From IMG/VR virus record IMGVR_UViG_3300025168_000066: a stretch of 20,000 bases of DNA. One strand, written 5' to 3'. The DNA comes from an uncultured virus (IMG/VR IMGVR_UViG_3300025168_000066). Taxonomy: Duplodnaviria > Heunggongvirae > Uroviricota > Caudoviricetes. Positions 1-6,938 of the stretch are shown in pieces (position 1 is the first letter of the stretch; the number at the start of each line of letters is the position of its first letter). The notes below the pieces were generated by a model that made no database searches, was not told the DNA's origin, and saw only the letters and a list, made by a program, of their open reading frames with translations. Made by a program: the position numbers and the translations under genes.

Positions 1-599
1 TTATCAACATTAGCTAAAGAATTAAAATTAAACATTGTACTGTCTGTACATCCATATAGTATTTCTATACAGCTACCATCATTTGTGTTGCATGTGTCAC
101 AATAGTTAAATTGTGTAGGATTTATACACCCATATATTACAGGTACGCAAGAATTATCATCTACATTAGCATTAGGATTCCAATTAAAAGCTAATGTATC
201 AGTACATCCATACACTACCCCTATACAACTACCATCATCTATATTTGCTAATGAATCGTAATTAAGAGCTAATTGGCTCATACATCCATAAACTATAGCA
301 ATACATGTATCTGCAGTGTTAGCATTTGGATTATAATTAAATGCTAAAGGCTGCATACATCCAGTTACAATTGCTATACAAGAACCATTAAGTTCAGTGT
401 TTGCTAATGGATTGTAATTAAAAGCTAAACTGTCCATACATCCTAATACTACTAAAGTGCTGCATGATCCGTCGTCATAGTCATAATTACTATTATATTC
501 TAAATATACAGGGTTAGTACACCCTGGATTATAATAACAACTAACATCATCTGTATTAGCTAAGCTATCATAATTAATTGCTGTTGGATATGTACACCC
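1..599 (-). repeat. Tandem array of 8 ~25-27-aa GCTD/DDGSC protein repeats (last one truncated)
   Basis: GCTYPTAINYDSLANTDDVSC, GCTNPVYLEYNSNYDYDDGSC, GCMDSLAFNYNPLANTELNGSC, GCMQPLAFNYNPNANTADTC, GCMSQLALNYDSLANIDDGSC, GCTDTLAFNWNPNANVDDNSC, GCINPTQFNYCDTCNTNDGSC, GCTDSTMFNFNSLANVD...; two further copies at about 927-1073. Confidence 0.92.
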
Positions 600-1805
600 A
601 TAAACTATTTCTATACATTCATTACCACAATTTGTTATTAAAGGGTACATTAAACTTGGTGTAATAAAAGGAGGCATAATACTAATTAAAGTATCTCCGT
701 CTGGATTAATCATAGTAAATCCACATTCTATTGTTGTAAATTGTGCTAAAGGATCTATATTAAATACAAAAGCTATTGGATCTGGTGCTGTTATACCTAC
801 TTGATATTGATCAACAAATCCACCAGTGTGTGTAAAATCATAAAATGTGTCAGGTAACAATAATCTTAAATTAGATCCTACCCAACCATTACCCATAAGA
901 TCATGTAGTATAAGAGTAAACTCACAAGTATCTACCATGTCCATTGTATTAGCTAATGGATCAAAGTTATACATTGTTGTATCTGTACATCCAAATACTT
1001 TTAGTGTAACACAACTACTATCATCAACAGTAGCCCAATAGTTAAATTCTAAATAATCATTATCTGTACACCCTAATATAGGTGGGCATGAGTCAGAAAC
1101 AAAAGAGTGTGTACTATCAAGCCCAAAAGCTGGGTCTGTACCATATATTAGTGTATCATTACATTGCTTTACAAAATAAGAGCCATCGTTACCTTGCCAC
1201 AAAGAGCCTTGTAATCCGTCTCCATATATATCATTAATTGTAAAAAATAAAGGTCCTTTAGGTATCCAAACTGTTTCTTCTATAGTAGAATAAATAGGTT
1301 GTGTGCCATATCCTGATCCTGATGCGTGTACAGTACCATTTGAATCTGATATATTCCAAGAAGTTTCTGAAGGATATTGATCTAAGTTAATTATAACTTT
1401 AGCAGATACTAATTGTGGTGGTGCTGGTGGTGGACATGGATATATTGTTACAGTAGTATCTCTTTGAAAAAATGAACCTACTACAGGATTCCAATCTATT
1501 ATAAGCCCTTGACATGTATTACCCATTCTAAAAGAAGCTGGTTGAGATGACATCCATCCGTCTCCAAAACTATCTCTTAAACTTATAGTATAACTACCAC
1601 TATTAATAGCTAGAATAGTATCTAAGTATTCATACTGAGTAGTTGGTTGAAAAAACATAGAAGTATCTCCATAAGCATTAGACACCATAAAAAAGTTAGA
1701 CTCTGTTGGTGCATAGAAATCAAATTGCACTTCAAATCTAACCCAAGAATCTTGACTAAGTAATACCGTTGGTAATAATAATAATACTAATAATAACTTT
1801 TTCAT
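1..1805 (-). CDS. Secreted Cys-rich repeat protein resembling Bacteroidota T9SS cargo/surface proteins; >601 aa, 3' end outside the window
   Basis: Absent from the ORF track because there is no stop in the window. Hand translation from ATG at 1805 is open to the edge. It starts MKKLLLVLLLLPTVLLS|QDSW (Sec signal, Gln at +1), has three beta-domains with DSFGDGW / DIYGDGL / DLMGNGW motifs, and has 10 GC[TMI]...N[YFW]...A...DDGSC-type repeats. The start overlaps the upstream stop (ATGA). Confidence 0.9.
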   Translation of the reverse strand, partial: MKKLLLVLLLLPTVLLSQDSWVRFEVQFDFYAPTESNFFMVSNAYGDTSMFFQPTTQYEYLDTILAINSGSYTISLRDSFGDGWMSSQPASFRMGNTCQGLIIDWNPVVGSFFQRDTTVTIYPCPPPAPPQLVSAKVIINLDQYPSETSWNISDSNGTVHASGSGYGTQPIYSTIEETVWIPKGPLFFTINDIYGDGLQGSLWQGNDGSYFVKQCNDTLIYGTDPAFGLDSTHSFVSDSCPPILGCTDNDYLEFNYWATVDDSSCVTLKVFGCTDTTMYNFDPLANTMDMVDTCEFTLILHDLMGNGWVGSNLRLLLPDTFYDFTHTGGFVDQYQVGITAPDPIAFVFNIDPLAQFTTIECGFTMINPDGDTLISIMPPFITPSLMYPLITNCGNECIEIVYGCTYPTAINYDSLANTDDVSCYYNPGCTNPVYLEYNSNYDYDDGSCSTLVVLGCMDSLAFNYNPLANTELNGSCIAIVTGCMQPLAFNYNPNANTADTCIAIVYGCMSQLALNYDSLANIDDGSCIGVVYGCTDTLAFNWNPNANVDDNSCVPVIYGCINPTQFNYCDTCNTNDGSCIEILYGCTDSTMFNFNSLANVD

Positions 1806-1942
1806 TTAATTTTAAATTTATTGTCTACCCAACATTTATAATAATACAATCCCATTATTAAACCAACAGCTATTGCGCCATCAATCCAATTAGCTAATTC
1901 TTTATAGCCTTGTTTTTGCCATATGTCTCCTAATACTTCCAT
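1802..1942 (-). CDS. 46-aa small single-TM membrane protein
   Basis: Hand translation MEVLGDIWQKQGYKELANWIDGAIAVGLIMGLYYYKCWVDNKFKIK. The start overlaps the upstream stop (TAATG) and the stop overlaps the downstream start (ATGA), so it fills the gap exactly. A hydrophobic segment is followed by a basic tail. Confidence 0.8.
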   Translation of the reverse strand: MEVLGDIWQKQGYKELANWIDGAIAVGLIMGLYYYKCWVDNKFKIK

Positions 1943-2301
1943 TAAAAATCTGACATTATTTCTTCATTAATAATATTTTGTAGCTCTTTTCTAGTTGCAA
2001 GCATTTTAAAACTAAGATCTGCTTGAAATCTTTTTATTTCTTCTCCGTCTTTAAAAATAATAATAGTAGGTACTATAACTATTTTATGTTTTTGTTGCAG
2101 TTTTATTTCTTTTGTTATATCAACTTTTGCAATGTCACAATCAGATAATTTTACTAGCCATTCAACTTGATTTGCATTATTCCATTCTGCATTAAATTCT
2201 GTAACAACTATTTGTGAACTTACTGTACCCGCCCACATTACAAAAAGTACTATAAGCAAATAAATACTAAATACTTTCCAAGTTGTTTCTGTGTTTTCCA
2301 T
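1942..2301 (-). CDS. Exported thioredoxin-fold protein lacking the CxxC active site
   Basis: Signal peptide ends ...AGTVSS|Q. VVTEFNAEWNNAN aligns to thioredoxin VxVDFWAEWCGPC. It retains KVDI, the cis-Pro motif IVPTIIIFKDGEE and a C-terminal helix. Confidence 0.8.
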   Translation of the reverse strand: MENTETTWKVFSIYLLIVLFVMWAGTVSSQIVVTEFNAEWNNANQVEWLVKLSDCDIAKVDITKEIKLQQKHKIVIVPTIIIFKDGEEIKRFQADLSFKMLATRKELQNIINEEIMSDF

Positions 2302-2582
2302 TATCTGTTATATAATTTGTCTTCTATTTTTTCTATTGCTTTTAATATTTCTTCTACATCTTTCTGTGTAGTCATAATTGTATTACGAATCATTTGATCT
2401 TTCATATCAAACTCCATTCTTGTTACATCAGGTGGTGGAGGTTGAGGAAGTTTTTTTGCTTCGTTTATATCTGCTTGCAATGTAAACCACATACCAACTA
2501 AGGTAGCTATTAAGAAGGCTACTCCTCCTAATGTCTTTAGGCTTAATTGTACTGCTGTATTTTCGCTTAATTCCTTTGCCAT
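2301..2582 (-). CDS. 93-aa membrane-anchored protein (one TM, Pro linker, coiled coil)
   Basis: Hydrophobic TLGGVAFLIATLVGMWFTL, then LPQPPPP, then a heptad-like C-terminus DVEEILKAIEKIEDKL. TAATG-coupled on both sides. Confidence 0.8.
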   Translation of the reverse strand: MAKELSENTAVQLSLKTLGGVAFLIATLVGMWFTLQADINEAKKLPQPPPPDVTRMEFDMKDQMIRNTIMTTQKDVEEILKAIEKIEDKLYNR

Positions 2583-2752
2583 TATAATTCAAATCCTAAA
2601 TTACAAACCATTAGTCTAAATCTTTTTGCTGTACAGTTGTCATCACAAAATAAACATGCTTTTACTTCTAATATAGTAAAAGTACCAAGCCTAATATTTA
2701 ATTCATATTTTTGTTTTTTATTCCCTGCTGAAAATCCATTTATCCAATTCAT
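2582..2752 (-). CDS. 56-aa Cys-containing microprotein (CxxCxxxC...C)
   Basis: Hand translation MNWINGFSAGNKKQKYELNIRLGTFTILEVKACLFCDDNCTAKRFRLMVCNLGFEL. ATGA overlap at the start and TAATG overlap at the stop. Confidence 0.8.
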   Translation of the reverse strand: MNWINGFSAGNKKQKYELNIRLGTFTILEVKACLFCDDNCTAKRFRLMVCNLGFEL

Positions 2753-2841
2753 TTTATTTCTGTTTTTAGTGTTTTACTTGAATGAGAACCATCACAGTTT
2801 CCATCTTTGTCTTTTGTTTTACCACATGCACATTTATTCAT
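2749..2841 (-). CDS. 30-aa CDGSH-type iron-sulfur-motif microprotein
   Basis: Hand translation MNKCACGKTKDKDGNCDGSHSSKTLKTEIK, containing C-x-C-x2-T-x6-C-D-G-S-H. A-rich leader 10 nt after the upstream stop; ATGA coupling to the next gene. Confidence 0.82.
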   Translation of the reverse strand: MNKCACGKTKDKDGNCDGSHSSKTLKTEIK

Positions 2842-2851
2842 TTTTTTGTTT

Positions 2852-3904
2852 TTAAAATATTATATAATTAATTCCAAATTTAAAGTCGTACCATTCTCTG
2901 TTCCAATACTTATTATATTTACCTTCTATAAAAGCACCTAAACTTTTAGTGTATTTATATCCAAAAATTAATCCTCCACTATAATCTAACCATTGACCAT
3001 TATTATACTCGTGATATGAAAAATCATTTTTTAAATCTAAATGATAAGGCATTAAATTTGTCCATGTATGTACCCAAAAATTCTTTTTATAATAATAATA
3101 ATCAAGCCCTACTACAACTGAGTGTTGTATTGTTTTATCTAATTCGTCTCTTTTTCTTTCTGAATAATTAGCTAATATTTGTGGAATTACTACTTCTTCC
3201 CATACTTCTTTACTTGTTGCAACTACATTTCCATTAGGATCATTATATATATTTTCAAATACATCTACATTATATCCTTCTGTTATAGCTAAATACGTAT
3301 AATGTAAACTACCATTACTTAACATCCATTCTTCTAAAGGATCATATCCATAAGGTTCAGATAATCTTTGAGCTAATCCTGCATTAAAAGAAAACTTTCT
3401 ATTTACTTTATATCTATATCTTTCTGATGTTTCAAAGTATTTAATATCAGCAAATCCATCTTCTAAGTATTCACCTTTTAATATATAGTTATTATCTACA
3501 TATCTAATAAAATGATGTTGATCTAAATATTCAATACCTTGTTGTCTTTTATAATCTACTTCAAATAAAAATTCTAACCCTTGTACTTTACCTATATTAG
3601 CTCCATCTGACCAACTAGTTTCTGTACCGTCATAAAATGTTTGTGCTTTATTTTCATAACCAAATCTAGCTATTTTTCTTATACCTAAAGCTAAATTATA
3701 ATCATAAGGAGTTTTAACTGTTACAGTTTCTAAACCATTAGCAACAGAAAACACATCTACATCTGATATAGAATTACCACCATTAGCAGCAACATAAAAT
3801 GTAGAAAACTTTAATATTTTTTTAAAGTCAATTTGAGCACAACATTTTTTAGGTGTTACACACCCTACTAATGTAATCAATATTATAACTAATACTTTTT
3901 TCAT
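2852..3904 (-). CDS. Putative outer-membrane beta-barrel protein (350 aa)
   Basis: Likely start is ATG at 3904 (MKKVLVIILITLVGCVTPKKCCAQ), not 3940. Many Tyr/Phe/Trp-rich alternating strands (VVVGLDYYYY, FWVHTWTNL, YSGGLIFGYKY, LGAFIEGKY). C-terminal beta-signal-like WYDFKFGINYIIF ends in Phe. Confidence 0.72.
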   Translation of the reverse strand: MKKVLVIILITLVGCVTPKKCCAQIDFKKILKFSTFYVAANGGNSISDVDVFSVANGLETVTVKTPYDYNLALGIRKIARFGYENKAQTFYDGTETSWSDGANIGKVQGLEFLFEVDYKRQQGIEYLDQHHFIRYVDNNYILKGEYLEDGFADIKYFETSERYRYKVNRKFSFNAGLAQRLSEPYGYDPLEEWMLSNGSLHYTYLAITEGYNVDVFENIYNDPNGNVVATSKEVWEEVVIPQILANYSERKRDELDKTIQHSVVVGLDYYYYKKNFWVHTWTNLMPYHLDLKNDFSYHEYNNGQWLDYSGGLIFGYKYTKSLGAFIEGKYNKYWNREWYDFKFGINYIIF

Positions 3905-3920
3905 TTCTATTATTTTAAAC

Positions 3921-4745
3921 TTACCAAGGTGCATCATCACTAGTATCTAAATTAACGTTTCCATTTTTAGTTGTATCAAATGCAATACTACTTGCAAAAT
4001 CTGCTCCTGAAGCATCTTTATGTCCATTTGCATCTACCATTGGATACCAAGCTACAACTGCATTACTATTAGTATAACTAGTAGTATCAAAATTAGGATC
4101 TCTAGCAGCATTACCACCAGCATATAAATAACTTACTTCATCTGAAGATAATGTATTTTTCCAAAGTACTGCTTGCATCATTTTACCATCAAAGTCAAAA
4201 TCATTATCATCCATTCTACCAAGTTTAAAAGTAGCTGCAGTGTTTGTCATGTTTCCCCCACCATTACCAGCACTTGTTTGTAGTGTTCCTACATTACTTC
4301 CATTTAAATATATAATTATACCAGAATCAGGAGCACCATTATATGTTATAACCCAATGTTGCCAAGCCGTTGTACTAACATTTCCTGCACTATGTCTACT
4401 AAATGTAGTTGAATTACCTTGATGTATATCAACAATCGCAGAAGCAGCTGTAAAATAAAATCTATATTCCGCAGGACTTGATCCTGCTCCAGCGCTAGCT
4501 TTAGCCATTACACATTCATTTACTTCGTTATCATCTCTTTTAACCCATACAGCAAAACTAAAACGTTCGTCTACAGTACTGCCTGCAAAATGATTATCAA
4601 AAGAAAATTCATCATGATCTGCTGCTTCAAGAAAATCTCCCGTACCATCAAATACGTACCCCCTAGTATTCTGAGGGTTCGCAGGCTTATTGTCAGGTAA
4701 AAACCTTGACGGAGGCCTAGTTATTGATGATCCTAATCCTAACAT
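3921..4745 (-). CDS. LamG / concanavalin A-like lectin-fold protein, likely virion adhesin
   Basis: Motifs FDGTGDF, FSFAVWVK, WQHWVITYNG, IYLNG, LGR..FDGKM..LWKNTLSSDEVSYLY and VAWYPM are typical of Laminin_G_3 domains in aquatic phages. Confidence 0.82.
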   Translation of the reverse strand: MLGLGSSITRPPSRFLPDNKPANPQNTRGYVFDGTGDFLEAADHDEFSFDNHFAGSTVDERFSFAVWVKRDDNEVNECVMAKASAGAGSSPAEYRFYFTAASAIVDIHQGNSTTFSRHSAGNVSTTAWQHWVITYNGAPDSGIIIYLNGSNVGTLQTSAGNGGGNMTNTAATFKLGRMDDNDFDFDGKMMQAVLWKNTLSSDEVSYLYAGGNAARDPNFDTTSYTNSNAVVAWYPMVDANGHKDASGADFASSIAFDTTKNGNVNLDTSDDAPW

Positions 4746-4746
4746 A

Positions 4747-5028
4747 TTATAATTTGTATGCTATTATTGACCCACTTCCTAAAGAAAGTACGTTAAACTG
4801 CCCATAAATTGTAACCCCTTTAGGAATTGTAAAATCTACTGCATCTTCTATATTCATTTCACAGCTTGACACATCTAGCTCAGCATCTACTAAAGCAGTT
4901 ATTGCAAAGTATGGTCCTGTGTGATCTGCAGTATCATCTATTAATATAGATCCAGCTGTACCTAAAGGTAATGATGTATTATTTTTTACATCGTTTAATA
5001 GTGCGTCTTGTTCTGTTCTTATTGCCAT
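4747..5028 (-). CDS. Small beta-rich putative virion protein
   Basis: 93-aa ORF, all-beta character (FAITAL, TIPKGVTIYGQF, GSIIAY), 1 nt from the LamG gene, within the fibre region. Confidence 0.6.
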   Translation of the reverse strand: MAIRTEQDALLNDVKNNTSLPLGTAGSILIDDTADHTGPYFAITALVDAELDVSSCEMNIEDAVDFTIPKGVTIYGQFNVLSLGSGSIIAYKL

Positions 5029-5038
5029 TATTTTATAT

Positions 5039-5449
5039 TTAATTAAGTAGTGTTAATCCTAATATCTGTTTAGCATTAATAACTTCAGGATACATATCTT
5101 CTGTTATTGGTACTATTTCAATTTCAATTTCTTCTGCTAATAATAAATTAACATTGTCTATTTGTTTTTGTCTAGCTGAAATAACATCTTTGTATTCTGT
5201 TTCTAGTTTTTTTAATGCTCCTACAGATTTTTTATCTTTTTTACCTTCGTATACTTTTACTTTTTCAGATAATTCTACAAACTCTGGAGTAGCTGATAAT
5301 ACGCCTTCTAAATGAGTTAAGTTTTCTCTAAGAATAGCTATATTTTTAGATATTGCTAATGCGAAAGTTTTACTTGGTACTTCTGTTAATGTTGGTAAAT
5401 GGTTTGATAAATTTACCCATTCTCCGTTTTTTGCTTTAATTGTTTTCAT
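5039..5449 (-). CDS. Helical charged protein, possible tail-fibre assembly chaperone
   Basis: 136-aa Lys/Glu-rich helical ORF directly downstream of the fibre gene. Function is inferred from position only. Confidence 0.5.
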   Translation of the reverse strand: MKTIKAKNGEWVNLSNHLPTLTEVPSKTFALAISKNIAILRENLTHLEGVLSATPEFVELSEKVKVYEGKKDKKSVGALKKLETEYKDVISARQKQIDNVNLLLAEEIEIEIVPITEDMYPEVINAKQILGLTLLN

Positions 5450-5475
5450 CGTCTATTATGATTTTTATTAATAAT

Positions 5476-6921
5476 TTAGTTAATCACTAAAAAGTGAATT
5501 TTGCTGGCTGTTGTTGATGTTGATCCAGTAGCCGCTGGATTATGTATTGATATTTTAAAACTACCATCTACTATTGTATGTGTACATGCAGTTAGTTGTG
5601 CGTTATTAGTTGTATTTTCATCTTGTACTGTTAGCATAATTAGTGAATAAGTATATACAGTATTATTTGTTACAGTAAATTCAACATTAGTTGCTGCTGA
5701 TAAAGCTACAGCTGCTAATGTTATGCATCCAGCAGTTGCATGAAGTGTAACTCCTGTTGTATGATTTGTTGCTTGAGTAACTGTTCCTTTGCCTGTATGT
5801 ACAATTCCTTTTAGTGCTTGAGTAATAACTAAATTTCCTGAGTTTACTGTTACATCTTGACCTTCTCTTCCAACAGTTAATCCAGTTATTTCGTTTGATC
5901 CACTATAAGTTTTTAATTGTACTGTACCATCAGCGCTTCCCGAAGTGTCTCTACCTGCAGATATTACTACATCTCCTCCTGCTCCATTTCCTGATGCTGT
6001 ACCTCCTTTTAAATATAAATGCCCAGAAGCTGCTCCTGCACTACTTCCTCCTTCAATTGTTACTGATTGTCCAGCCGTACTAGATGTAGTAGCTGTAGGT
6101 TTTATTGTAGGTGCATCTGTATTAGTAAATCTAATACCTCCTTTAATATTTAATGTATCATCAAAAGCTGCAGTAGGAGTACTTTGTCCTATAAATACTT
6201 TACCAGCATTATCTACTGTTAATCCTTCTGCTGACCCATCTCCAGAAACAAATGCTGTTCCTCCAACTAAGTCTATATTATAAACAGCATTATCAGCTGC
6301 ATTACGCATATCTATATTTGATTCTGCATTCGTTATTGCTGCTGCTATTGCAATTGCTCCTGCAGTATTAGTTATTGTTATACCTGCTCCTGCAGTTAAT
6401 GTTGCTACTGATGGGTATCCATTAGTTGCGTTACCTATTAATAATTGTCCGTTTGTAGACATAGCTGTTGTAGCTGCAATTGAGTCTGTTGCACTAGCGT
6501 ATAACATTGCTCCTTTAGGAATTGTAGATAACCCAGTTCCTCCATTTGTTACAGCATTTACTCCTGTAACAGTACCTGTAAAATCTACTCCTGTCATAAA
6601 TCCAGCTGTAGCGTTATTACATAAACTAAGATCTATACCTGCTTCTAAAACTGTTAATACAAGATTACTAGAAGTAGTACCTACTGTTAATAACCCTGTG
6701 TCTCCACTTTTTATTCCTTTAAAAACTATTTGATTTTTATTTGTAAGTGTTGCACTATTATATAATGTTTCACTACCAGTTCCTGCAGTTGCTACTGCTG
6801 GAAACATACTTTCTACTGTTAATTTTTTTGACTGACCTGAAGCACTATTTGTAACAAGTAAAAAATCTGTACTTGCTGCACTAGTTTTTGCTAAAGTTGA
6901 TAAGTCTGTTACCTTTGCCAT
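5476..6921 (-). CDS. Tail fibre-like protein
   Basis: Thr/Ala/Gly-rich 481 aa. Fibre-type motifs AVTNGGTGLST and GQLLIGN, short beta-turn repeats (GQSVTIEGGS, GHLYLKGGT, GGDVVISAG) and a C-terminal beta-sandwich tip. Confidence 0.75.
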   Translation of the reverse strand: MAKVTDLSTLAKTSAASTDFLLVTNSASGQSKKLTVESMFPAVATAGTGSETLYNSATLTNKNQIVFKGIKSGDTGLLTVGTTSSNLVLTVLEAGIDLSLCNNATAGFMTGVDFTGTVTGVNAVTNGGTGLSTIPKGAMLYASATDSIAATTAMSTNGQLLIGNATNGYPSVATLTAGAGITITNTAGAIAIAAAITNAESNIDMRNAADNAVYNIDLVGGTAFVSGDGSAEGLTVDNAGKVFIGQSTPTAAFDDTLNIKGGIRFTNTDAPTIKPTATTSSTAGQSVTIEGGSSAGAASGHLYLKGGTASGNGAGGDVVISAGRDTSGSADGTVQLKTYSGSNEITGLTVGREGQDVTVNSGNLVITQALKGIVHTGKGTVTQATNHTTGVTLHATAGCITLAAVALSAATNVEFTVTNNTVYTYSLIMLTVQDENTTNNAQLTACTHTIVDGSFKISIHNPAATGSTSTTASKIHFLVIN

Positions 6922-6938
6922 ATTATATTTTTTTTATT

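Noticed and set aside
1802..2582. Small TM proteins as a holin/spanin lysis cassette
   Set aside because: No endolysin or typical small o-spanin lipoprotein is adjacent, and they are coupled to Trx-like, CDGSH and barrel genes. Not fully excluded.
3905..3940. Longer start (MMMHLGK...) for the beta-barrel gene
   Set aside because: It overlaps the LamG gene end. ATG at 3904 gives a canonical MKK-hydrophobic signal peptide with an A-rich leader.
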